Source: Eubacteriales bacterium
GTDB lineage: Bacteria > Bacillota > Clostridia > Oscillospirales > CAG-272
Reading direction: 5' to 3'
DNA length: 64,000 bases
Assembly: GCA_045588085.1 (NCBI GenBank)
Contig: JAZNDN010000026.1
Location: 2,646-66,645 of the forward strand
In this document: positions 11,177-21,345 of the stretch, piece by piece
Position numbering within the stretch: the first letter of the stretch is position 1
Layout of the letters: each line of letters opens with the position of its first letter
The notes under the pieces: generated by a model
The model's database searches: none
Seen by the model: the letters and a program-made list of their open reading frames with translations, nothing else
What the model was told of the DNA's origin: nothing
Program-made: the position numbers and the translations under genes

Positions 11177-11436
11177 GTATATTATACCATAACTAAAAAA
11201 TGCTTGCTCGCAAGGGCGTTTTACACCATGGTCCGAGGCATGCAGGATGCGAATGCATCGGGCGCATAGCGCCTAAGACTTGCTTTGCAAGGATTTCTGC
11301 GTATATTATATCATAAATAAAAATGCTTGCTCGCAAGGGCATTTTTCTGCCTTGATTCAAGGTGCGCAGGATGCGAATGCATCGGGCGCATAGCGCCTAA
11401 GACTTGCTTTGCAAGGATTTCTGCGTATATTATACC
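11177..11436. repeat. Tandem direct repeat, period 124 bp, 2 full copies plus about 12 bp of a third
   Basis: Units start with gtatattata at 11177, 11301 and 11425. A core of ~70 bp is identical in both copies (gcaggatgcgaatgcatcgggcgcatagcgcctaagacttgctttgcaaggatttctgcgtatattata). Each unit carries short palindromes: CTTGC-N2/3-GCAAG (11203-11214, 11279-11291, 11326-11337, 11403-11415), GATGCgaatGCATC and GGCGCataGCGCC. Confidence 0.85.
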
Positions 11437-11489
11437 ACAAAACGCTTCTGTTTTCAATAGAAACAAAAGAAAAAACACAATTTATCGAA

Positions 11490-11505
11490 TGTTTCACGTG
11501 AAACA
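11490..11505. other. parS centromere-like site (perfect palindrome TGTTTCACGTGAAACA)
   Basis: Exact match to the Firmicute parS consensus TGTTNCACGTGAAACA, about 400 bp upstream of the parA start. Confidence 0.85.
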
Positions 11506-11670
11506 ATGATTGATTTTGTTAAAAAGAGGATATATATTAATGCGGAGAATATGTGCGAAAAATATTAAATACCCTGTTTGGTTATATACAAACAAAGCTG
11601 ATTTTTATACAAAAACCGATTTTTATGGAAAATAGCAGAGCAAAAAAGGAAAATGACCGATTTAGCCCAA

Positions 11671-11686
11671 TGTTTCACGTGAAACA
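11671..11686. other. Second parS site (identical 16-mer TGTTTCACGTGAAACA)
   Basis: Identical 16-bp palindrome 181 bp from the first. Both copies share the extended context AATGTTTCACGTGAAACA. Confidence 0.85.
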
Positions 11687-12121
11687 TAAGCCAAAAACAA
11701 ACCAAAACAAAAACGCAGAAGAAACACCGCCATATACAAACCGTTGCTTTATTGCGAAGAATTGCGCTGCTTTTGCTTCAATTAAGCTCTTATTTGCGAA
11801 GCAACCGCGCCAAAATGAAGGAAATGCCGTATTGCGAGTATAATTTTGTTTCAGGCGTACAACCTCCAGCCTCAGTCCGCGTTGAACGGGCGGAACCCGA
11901 AAATTAATGCAATTTAATGGAAGAATATGGAAATAAATTCTGCTCCGTGGTTTTTATCGGATTTTTTCGCTGTGTTGCGCGCTTTTGCTGATTTTTTGAA
12001 AAAAATAGCAAAATATATCGTAAAAAATACGAAAAACGGCTTATGATTATTTTAAGAAATTTGTTAATTCTTTACTATAATTTTCCGTAATTTAAACGGT
12101 AAAACGGACTTGCCATGGGGG

Positions 12122-12150
12122 TTGACATGATAGGTTTTTTGTGCTATACT
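12122..12150 (+). promoter_or_regulatory. Near-consensus sigma-A-type promoter with no adjacent ORF
   Basis: TTGACA (12122-12127), a 17-nt spacer, then TATACT (12145-12150) with an extended -10 TG at 12142-12143. The next credible CDS begins about 600 nt downstream (12753). Confidence 0.6.
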
Positions 12151-12752
12151 ATTGACAAACCGCACAAGCCTTTGCGGAATTTGAGGTTTGCGGTAGAGCT
12201 CCCAAATTTGCGAGCTATGCGACGCATGCAAAGCTTCAGTTTCTGATGGAATGGCTTGTCAGCGCCCCGCGTTTTGCGTTGGCGTAATTAATGCTTAGTC
12301 GATTTGACGCAGCGATAATTGGCAGCATTCAATAAGGCTTTGCCACCTGCAAAACTGCGCACGGGTATGCTTCATTGCCGATTTTAATAAAGAGAACTCC
12401 AACCGGTATCTGACCTGATGCTTATTTTTACATTTGGTGTAAAATGCTTAGTTGGATTTTGCACGGTGGTGTTTATGCTCCGCGGTTCTGGAATACGTCT
12501 CATTGCTGCGCGTTGCAAACGAGGGCGTGCGAACCTATTTCGACGTTTTGCTCTTTGCCGCGATGCGCATGGTTCTGCCCGGCGTGCGTTGGATTTTTTT
12601 GGCGTGGCAGCTCGGTTTCGGCTAAAGTGTAAGGTCGTGGTTTTAAGCCGATACATATTACGAAAAATTACGAAAAAATAGTCTATAAATCCTGTAAGGG
12701 TGGACAAGAAAAACGGGGGAAAGAGAATAGTTTTTGCCTCGGGGAGTATAAA

Positions 12753-13535
12753 GTGACAATGGCTAACGAAAAAAAGCTTGAAGAAATTGCTGAAAAACTG
12801 CAAAAAATTAAAAAAGAGCCGGGCGCGACTGACGTTGGAACCGATGGACTGCCTCGTTTCCCCGAGAAAACGGCTCCGGATATGTCTCCCTTAAAGCTTT
12901 TGCCGAGCGAAGCAGGGAAGTGCCGTCTGCTTTTAGTAAGGCATGGCGAAAGCTTGGGAAATGCCGTCAGAGCTTTCCTTGGGCACACCGATTTGGATTT
13001 GTCCGAGCGTGGATACGAGCAGGCAAGACGCACGGCACAGCTTTTGAAAAGTGTCGATATTGATAAAATTTACTCAAGCGACCTTAAGAGAGCTTTTAGC
13101 ACCGGGTGTGAGATAGGGAAGGCGGTAGGACTTCCCGTAGAGCCTGACCGTAGGCTGCGTGAGCTTTTTGTAGGAGATTGGGAGGGACTTGCCATTTCCG
13201 AGTTGGAAACTCTTTACAAGGAGCAGTTTGACCTTTGGTGCGTGAGCTTTTCCACCTTTACGCCCCCCGGCGGCGAGGCTGTTCCGCATCTGCGAGAGCG
13301 TATATACGAAAGAATAGAGGAGATTGCCAGAGAGAATATGGGCCGAACTGTAGTCTTGGCGTTTCACGCAGCGGCGATGCGCGCTTTCTGGTCAAAAATT
13401 ACGGCAGAGGCAGGCGCTGAATTTAATCCGGATGTTCCATTCCCCTACAATGCATCAGTGAGTGTTCTTTATTTTGACGGCAATAGCTTTTTACCCGGCG
13501 AATTTTCACATATGGCGCATCTTACTGATATATAG
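12753..13535 (+). CDS. Histidine phosphatase superfamily protein (phosphoglycerate mutase / CobC-like)
   Basis: Has the catalytic RHG motif LLLVRHGESLGN, and the downstream blocks (SDLKRA, ...AFHAAAMRA) fit branch-1 histidine phosphatases. The start is uncertain: GTG 12753, ATG 12759, or an internal ATG giving MSPLKLL.. just before the RHG motif. Confidence 0.8.
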   Translation: MTMANEKKLEEIAEKLQKIKKEPGATDVGTDGLPRFPEKTAPDMSPLKLLPSEAGKCRLLLVRHGESLGNAVRAFLGHTDLDLSERGYEQARRTAQLLKSVDIDKIYSSDLKRAFSTGCEIGKAVGLPVEPDRRLRELFVGDWEGLAISELETLYKEQFDLWCVSFSTFTPPGGEAVPHLRERIYERIEEIARENMGRTVVLAFHAAAMRAFWSKITAEAGAEFNPDVPFPYNASVSVLYFDGNSFLPGEFSHMAHLTDI

Positions 13536-13537
13536 TA

Positions 13538-13581
13538 AAATCACACGCCCTCCTTGCTTAGCGGGGGGCGTGTGATTTTTT
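13538..13581 (+). terminator. Intrinsic terminator of the phosphatase gene
   Basis: tcacacgccc-tccttgcttagcgg-gggcgtgtga gives a 10-bp GC-rich stem, followed by tttttt. Confidence 0.75.
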
Positions 13582-13738
13582 GCGTTAGCAAAGCTATTTT
13601 GTAAATAACTGAATTTTTGCATAAGAAGTGCCGTTGCGTGTATAGGTTTATAATCGGATGCCTTGAGGCGTGCAGCATTAATTTTGCTCAAAATCTGTCC
13701 TTTCAAGGCGAAAATTTAGAATTGCACGTGAAAGCATA

Positions 13739-13775
13739 AAGCGAGCCGAAACTGCTTTTTGCAGGCGGCTCGCTT
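13739..13775 (-). terminator. Hairpin downstream of dnaJ (candidate terminator of the dnaK operon)
   Basis: aagcgagccg ... cggctcgctt gives a 10-bp stem. The flank on the minus strand is only moderately T-rich. Confidence 0.5.
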
Positions 13776-13801
13776 TGTATATAGAGGTTAAGAAAGACAT
13801 A

Positions 13802-14938
13802 TCAGCTTCTGCCAAATATCTTTTTGAAGAAGCTTTCCTTTGTCTTGGTGTTCGATTCGCCAAGAGATTTTGCAAACTCACTGAGAAGCCTTTTTTGCTC
13901 TGCGGAGAGGTTCTTGGGCGTTTCTACATTAACGGTAATGTAAAGGTCGCCGCGCCGTTTTGTATTAACGTCGGCAATGCCTTTGCCGCGAAGGGTAAAG
14001 GTGGTTCCTGACTGAGTGCCCTCGGGAATGCTGTACTTTTCCGTCTTACCGCCTAAAACAGGGATATCAATTTCTGCACCGAGCGTCGCTTCCGCAAATG
14101 AGATGGGCACCTCGCAGTAGAGATTGTTGCCATCTCTTGTGAATATGTCGTGCGGAGCAACCCTTACCTCAATAATTAGGTCACCGTTAACGCCGCCGTT
14201 TCGTCCTGCGGAGCCTTGGCCGCGCAGAATTATTCTCTGAGCCGTGTCAATTCCTGCGGGGATTGTGACATCGAGCTTCTTCTTGACCTTGATATATCCC
14301 TTGCCGTTGCAATTTTTGCAGGGGTTTTTGATGATTTTACCCGTGCCGCGACATTCGGGACAGGCGCGCTGAGTCTGAACGTATCCGAACATGGATTGTT
14401 GCTGTACCGTGACACGTCCCGTGCCCTTACAATGCGAGCAGGTTTCGGGCTTCGTCCCTTTTTCTGCTCCACTGGCACTGCATTCCGGACACGCCTCGAT
14501 TCTTGCAAAGCTTACCTCGCGCTTGCAGCCGAATGCAGCCTCGTCAAAGCTTATATTGACACGCGCCATAATATCGTCGCCATCTATTACGTTGCTTCTT
14601 GATGAACGGCTTGAGCCTCCGAAGAACGATGAGAATATGTCACCGAAATCAAAATCGGCGCTTCCGAATCCGCCAAATCCGCCAAAGCCTGCACCGCCTC
14701 CTGCCGCGGGGTCAAAGGCAGCGTGACCGTACTGGTCGTATTTCTGACGCTTTTCGGGAGTCGAAAGCACGTCGTATGCCTCATTTACCTCTTTGAATGC
14801 GGCTTCTGCCTTTGCATCACCGGGGTGAAGGTCGGGGTGATATTGCTTGGCGAGCTTTCGGTAAGCCTTTTTTATTTCGTCCTCTGTGGCAGTTTTGCTA
14901 ACACCGAGGACCTCATAATAATCTCTTTTATCTGCCAT
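13802..14938 (-). CDS. dnaJ: Molecular chaperone DnaJ
   Basis: J-domain MADKRDYYEVLGV...YHPDLHPGD (HPD), a G/F-rich region, and four CxxCxGxG zinc motifs (CPECSASG, CSHCKGTG, CPECRGTG, CKNCNGKG). The start is placed at the internal ATG at 14938, preceded by the RBS aggaga, rather than the ORF-track start at 14974. Confidence 0.95.
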   Translation of the reverse strand: MADKRDYYEVLGVSKTATEDEIKKAYRKLAKQYHPDLHPGDAKAEAAFKEVNEAYDVLSTPEKRQKYDQYGHAAFDPAAGGGAGFGGFGGFGSADFDFGDIFSSFFGGSSRSSRSNVIDGDDIMARVNISFDEAAFGCKREVSFARIEACPECSASGAEKGTKPETCSHCKGTGRVTVQQQSMFGYVQTQRACPECRGTGKIIKNPCKNCNGKGYIKVKKKLDVTIPAGIDTAQRIILRGQGSAGRNGGVNGDLIIEVRVAPHDIFTRDGNNLYCEVPISFAEATLGAEIDIPVLGGKTEKYSIPEGTQSGTTFTLRGKGIADVNTKRRGDLYITVNVETPKNLSAEQKRLLSEFAKSLGESNTKTKESFFKKIFGRS

Positions 14939-15015
14939 TGGATTCTCCTGCCGTGTGATGCCAAAATTCGACACGCCACGGCACGTATGTTGATTTTTGT
15001 GGTTTTATCAGTGCG

Positions 15016-15043
15016 CCCGAAGACAGCAGAGGCTGCCTTCGGG
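15016..15043 (-). other. Intercistronic hairpin between dnaK and dnaJ
   Basis: cccgaag-N14-cttcggg gives a 7-bp stem just after the dnaK stop. There is no T-run, so it is more likely an attenuator or processing/stability element than a full terminator. Confidence 0.4.
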
Positions 15044-15056
15044 ACTGTTTTGTTAA

Positions 15057-17490
<2,434 letters not shown>

Positions 17491-17559
17491 GTCAAATACC
17501 TTTCCTTAATATCATTTCGTGCGTACACGGGTGGCGTGTATGCATTCCGTTGCGTCGGA

Positions 17560-18630
17560 TTAATGTGTATCGCTGCCGTCACTGAGCCTCGGAGGCTCGT
17601 CGCTGAACATATTGTCAAGACTTCGCGTCAGCGAGTGTATCATGTGAATTACCTTTTCGTAGTCCATTCTGCGAGGACCGATAACGCCTATTGCAACTCG
17701 CTTCCCCCCGATAGTTACGTGCTTGAATATCACGGTCGTATTGCTCATGATATCCTCTCCGTCCTCGGTTCCGATGAATACGTTTATGCCGTCGTCGCTT
17801 CTGGTTCTCGATTCGATAACGTCGAGAAGCTTATCCTTTTCCTCAAGCACTCCGAGTAAGTCTCTGAGCTTGGAAACGTCTGAGTATTCGGGGAATTTCA
17901 AGAGCTTATTGACTCCCTCGACCTTTATATCGGCGGTGTCAAGCTCGCTCATAACCTCGTAGATTGCCTTGATTGCGGGGTGAACCAGCGCCGCCGAGCC
18001 GCCCATGATAGCTTCAAGCTTCATTATCAGAGGCATCGTTATCTCGTCACTTGTGAGATTTGCAAGATATATATTCGCCGCATCGGCAAATCTTGCAACG
18101 TCTTCCCTTGTGATATAGAATCCGGGGCTTACAGTTCTTGATTTTGCAATTTCGCCTGAGAAGGTCATGACGAGGTGGAAGCTTCTTTCCGACATATAAA
18201 CGGCATCGAATCTGCTGATGCGCACCTTGCCGCCTCCGGTTTTGAATGCAATGCCGGTGTAATCGGTGAAGGACGACGCAAGATGCGAGGCCTCCGCCAG
18301 AATCTGATCCATTTCGGTGAGCTTGTATTGGAGTCTTTCGTTTATTTCCTGAATTTCGTGCTTGGTTTCGTTGTAGGAGTGAACCAGCGCGTCAACGTAG
18401 AATCGGTATCCAAGCTCTGACGGAACTCTTCCTGCAGAGGTGTGGGGCTGAACGAGGTATCCCATAGCCTCAAGCTCTGCCATCTCGTTTCTGATAGTTG
18501 CGGGAGATGCGGATATTTTGGAGTTTTGCGACAGATACTTTGAGCCGACCGGCTCCCCGAGATTGATATGCGCGTTGACTATTGAGAGAAGTATTTGCTG
18601 CTTTCTCGGTGTAAGCTTGGAGCTGTCCAT
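17560..18630 (-). CDS. hrcA: Heat-inducible transcription repressor HrcA
   Basis: 356 aa with an N-terminal winged helix (LTPRKQQILLSIVNAHINLGEPVGSKYL, ..ATIRNEMAELE). It is the first gene of the hrcA-grpE-dnaK-dnaJ order, with CIRCE upstream. Confidence 0.93.
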   Translation of the reverse strand: MDSSKLTPRKQQILLSIVNAHINLGEPVGSKYLSQNSKISASPATIRNEMAELEAMGYLVQPHTSAGRVPSELGYRFYVDALVHSYNETKHEIQEINERLQYKLTEMDQILAEASHLASSFTDYTGIAFKTGGGKVRISRFDAVYMSERSFHLVMTFSGEIAKSRTVSPGFYITREDVARFADAANIYLANLTSDEITMPLIMKLEAIMGGSAALVHPAIKAIYEVMSELDTADIKVEGVNKLLKFPEYSDVSKLRDLLGVLEEKDKLLDVIESRTRSDDGINVFIGTEDGEDIMSNTTVIFKHVTIGGKRVAIGVIGPRRMDYEKVIHMIHSLTRSLDNMFSDEPPRLSDGSDTH

Positions 18631-18682
18631 AAATTCACACCCTTACCGTAAACCGCGGCGCCTTTCTATCATCTTAGTATTT

Positions 18683-18709
18683 TTAGCACTTTACGACACA
18701 GAGTGCTAA
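18683..18709 (-). promoter_or_regulatory. CIRCE operator (HrcA binding site)
   Basis: TTAGCACTT-N9-GAGTGCTAA against the consensus TTAGCACTC-N9-GAGTGCTAA (one mismatch). It lies between the predicted -10 box and the hrcA start. Confidence 0.9.
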
Positions 18710-18722
18710 CCTTACCGCTAAT

Positions 18723-18751
18723 AATATAATACATTATGCCACGAAAGTCAA
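18723..18751 (-). promoter_or_regulatory. Predicted sigma-A promoter of the hrcA-dnaK operon
   Basis: On the minus strand: TTGACT (18751-18746), a 17-nt spacer, then TATATT (18728-18723), immediately upstream of CIRCE. Confidence 0.65.
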
Positions 18752-18831
18752 GTGTTTTTACCTGAAATGTTATGAATTTTTTGTTAACAATAAGCAAAAG
18801 CGCACTTTGAGTGACAGAAAATACCGGAATT

Positions 18832-18868
18832 TAAAAAAGAAAGGGCTGCCGATTTTTAGGCAACCCTT
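18832..18868 (-). terminator. Intrinsic terminator of the 669-aa gene
   Basis: The minus strand reads aagggttgcc-taaaaatc-ggcagccctt (one mismatch) followed by tctttttt. Confidence 0.65.
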
Positions 18869-18989
18869 AATGAAATTTATCGTCGCAAGGCTTCAGTAAA
18901 AACCTTATAATATACTCATATTATCTCGAATTTTAACCTTACCTATCAAGTAAATCATAATCCGCCGCTTTTGGTGCGAATGAGCTTTG

Positions 18990-20999
18990 CTATATTTTGA
19001 TTTTCTTTATTCCGCCGAAGAATCCTGCGGCTATGAGGTATCCGTCCTGCATTGCCAAAGATGCTGTTATCGGCTCGCCGAGATGCATACATTTTTTAAG
19101 CTCTGCCGTGTTCTTGTCGTAATATCTGAGCGTTCCTGCGTTGTCGGCAAAAATCAGAGTGTCCCCAAAAATTATCGGGGTTCCTTCTACGGTTTCGAGG
19201 CTTTTGCCGGTTATGTACGGTGTAGAGAAAAGTGCATTTTTGCCTGCCGGGAAAACGAGCGTCTTTTTAAGAGTCGCCTTGTCGAGTGCGATAACGCCGG
19301 TGCTGCCGGTGGGGTAATACAACGTGTCTCCGTCGTCTGCGGGGGCACCTGACGAATCCATTCTTGAGCCACCCGTGCTGCAGGCTGCTATCATATTTCC
19401 GTCTTCGAGATTTATTTTCACTACCGAGTAAAGCCCGGATGTGTAAAGAGTGCCGTCGGATATTATGGGGGTGGAGGAGCAGAATGATGCGCCTCTGTCA
19501 CCGTTTTGAGTCCAGAGAAGCTCACCCGTGTCGCAGTTTAGAGCACACGTGTAGGACCAGTTGATGCCGGTTATGGCTATGTTGCGCTCAGGGTCGTATA
19601 AGACCTTCCCTGCCGTAATTGAATTTCTGGCGCCTGCCGCTGTCCATAAAACGTTTTTTAGATTTTTATCGGTTGCCACAATCGGCATTTGTCTTCCTGC
19701 AAGAATTTTATCACCTGCGGCGATAGGCGTGGTTGAGTTGAAATACGTAGGAGATTCGGACACCTGAATAGAGGCGACGAGCTCTCCGTCTGCGGCTCTG
19801 ATTTTCATGAGGGTTCCGTGCGTCGTTTGTGCGTAAAGGAATCCTTCGTCAAGAAGCAATCCGCCTTTTATGCCGTCAGCGAGCGGGATTTGCCACACGT
19901 TATTTCCGTTTTCAAAATCAAGAGCGTAAATGCCGCATTTCTTTGGATATCCGTCGTCGTTCGTCGCAACATATACGCGTCCGCTATCGATTATCGGCGC
20001 CCCGTATTCGACGGTTCCGTCAAGCTTTGCTTCCCATTCGAACTCGGCGTCGCATTCGGTGCTGTCACCGTAGTATATAAGCTCCGATGAAAGCTCCTGC
20101 TCGGTGAATGAAACCTTTCTGATAGCGGCAATCGAGGAGTCTATTCCTCCGCTGTCCGGACGCGAGGAGCAGATATAAAATATGCCGTCCTCCTCGTGAA
20201 GCAAATTCGTATGGTGATGCCCGAAAGCGCACCCCGTGTATCTATAATCCTTGAGATTGACTATGCTGTTTTTTGGTTCTTCGCCGCAATTCCACTCAAG
20301 GTAATCCTGCCAGCTGTGGCAGAATACGAATACGCGCTGACCTTTTGAGAGAAGCTCAAGGTCGGCTTTGAGCCAGGTCTGTTGGTCCTCTCTTGTATAA
20401 AGCCCGGGCTTATCTCCTTGTAAAAGGGAGAGAACTACAAAGTGAACTCCGCCGAGGTCAAAGGAGTAGAAGGTGGGACCGTAGTATTTCTCGTATACCG
20501 ATTCGCCCCAGTCGTCACCTCTGAAATCGTGATTGCCTATGCAATATCTGACGGGACAGCCTACGGTTTCGCGGTTCATTATGAGATAGCTTCTGCGTAG
20601 ACCCTCGTCTCTTTCAATGTCACCCCCGTGTATGTAAAATGCGGGCTTGTGAGATTTGACCTCTTTTCTCATAAAATCGTTGAAGGTAAGCTCTTCTCGG
20701 CCGCTGACCTCAATATCCGAGGAGTGAAAGAAGCTGAAATCGGAACCGCTTTGCTCGAATCTTGCTATGAAATTATATTCTTCGCGTCCCGACGAAAGAT
20801 TGAAATACCAGTCGTCATGACCGCGCGTGAGAGCGCACAGGTAAACGAGCTTTGCCTTTTCCCACGTTTCGATTGAATAGAAGCCCTCCTCGTCGGTAAG
20901 CGTGATGCTTCGTCCGTCGCTCACGGCTATACCGGCCATGGCACATTTGGTCTTTTCGTCAATAACTTTGCCGTAAATTTTCATCGCTTTTTTCCTCAT
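18990..20999 (-). CDS. Multidomain protein: CarboxypepD_reg-like N-terminus, calcineurin-like metallophosphoesterase, and a PQQ/BamB-like beta-propeller
   Basis: N-terminus: GKVIDEKTKCAMAGIAVSDGRSITLTDEEGFYSI. Phosphoesterase motifs: HSSDIE, GGDIERDEG, GNHDF, FCHS, GHHH. The C-terminal ~330 aa carries repeated G.VY/..DG.LY.. blocks typical of PQQ-like propeller blades. No signal peptide seen. The second ATG (20984, MKIYGKV) has the better RBS (gaggaa). Confidence 0.75.
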   Translation of the reverse strand: MRKKAMKIYGKVIDEKTKCAMAGIAVSDGRSITLTDEEGFYSIETWEKAKLVYLCALTRGHDDWYFNLSSGREEYNFIARFEQSGSDFSFFHSSDIEVSGREELTFNDFMRKEVKSHKPAFYIHGGDIERDEGLRRSYLIMNRETVGCPVRYCIGNHDFRGDDWGESVYEKYYGPTFYSFDLGGVHFVVLSLLQGDKPGLYTREDQQTWLKADLELLSKGQRVFVFCHSWQDYLEWNCGEEPKNSIVNLKDYRYTGCAFGHHHTNLLHEEDGIFYICSSRPDSGGIDSSIAAIRKVSFTEQELSSELIYYGDSTECDAEFEWEAKLDGTVEYGAPIIDSGRVYVATNDDGYPKKCGIYALDFENGNNVWQIPLADGIKGGLLLDEGFLYAQTTHGTLMKIRAADGELVASIQVSESPTYFNSTTPIAAGDKILAGRQMPIVATDKNLKNVLWTAAGARNSITAGKVLYDPERNIAITGINWSYTCALNCDTGELLWTQNGDRGASFCSSTPIISDGTLYTSGLYSVVKINLEDGNMIAACSTGGSRMDSSGAPADDGDTLYYPTGSTGVIALDKATLKKTLVFPAGKNALFSTPYITGKSLETVEGTPIIFGDTLIFADNAGTLRYYDKNTAELKKCMHLGEPITASLAMQDGYLIAAGFFGGIKKIKI

Positions 21000-21192
21000 A
21001 TGAACCGCGTTATGCGCGATACTTTATTTACGATTATAATCTGCGCAGAGTGTGTTGTCAATAGCAGTCGGCAACTTTTGGCAAAATGTTAATAAAAGTT
21101 TGCAAATTGCAGGATAAATTTGATTGATGGCCTTTATTTTTTGAATTATTGGTATTTTTCCTAACAATTCGGACGGGAGAGCTAAAAATATC

Positions 21193-21221
21193 TTGACTTT
21201 AGTAAAATTATATTTTATAAT
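21193..21221 (+). promoter_or_regulatory. Predicted sigma-A promoter of rny
   Basis: TTGACT (21193-21198), a 17-nt spacer, then TATAAT (21216-21221). Confidence 0.65.
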
Positions 21222-21345
21222 ATATGCATGAGCATTTTGACATTCGATGCATGTCCCCTTAACCTGTACCGTGTTGGTGTGCTCACCCGAAATTCAAATT
21301 ATAAATTAATATATGAGATTACCGAAAGTAATCGAGGAGGTGTAA

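Noticed and set aside
11177-11436. Whether the 124-bp repeats, or the AT microsatellite at 35904-35963, could be a CRISPR array.
   Set aside because: The repeat unit is far longer than CRISPR repeats. There are only ~2.1 directly abutting copies and no unique spacers. The microsatellite has 5-6-nt units. No cas genes are present in the window.
11095-12752. Possibility that the 1.65-kb ORF-poor region next to parA is the replication origin (oriC).
   Set aside because: By eye I found no perfect DnaA box (TTATCCACA/TGTGGATAA) and no cluster of near matches. The nearest look-alikes (TATACCACA at ~11428, GGTGGACAA at ~12697) have 2-3 mismatches. The remB-gyrB start of the window suggests dnaA/oriC lies just upstream of nt 1. 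A DnaA-box position-weight scan and a GC-skew plot would be needed to settle it.
12157-12752. A cobalamin riboswitch upstream of the histidine phosphatase (CobC-like) gene.
   Set aside because: I could not find the B12-box or the conserved GGTG...AA..CC / GCCACTG core. Only a fortuitous GCCACCTG occurs at ~12339. The call is left open as an unclassified leader or ncRNA candidate pending an Rfam scan.
11327-12803. ORF-track entries in the ORF-poor region (11327-11509, 11553-11843, 12384-12803 -, 12418-12681, 12444-12632).
   Set aside because: They run across the parS palindromes (which give the MFHVK peptides) or are Arg/Cys/Ala-rich with no RBS and mutually overlapping frames. None resembles a known protein, so they are treated as non-coding.
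13720-13735. A parS-like half site, aattgCACGTGaaagc, downstream of dnaJ.
   Set aside because: Only the central CACGTGAAA matches. There are five mismatches to the 16-mer consensus, including three in the left arm, so it is unlikely to bind ParB specifically.
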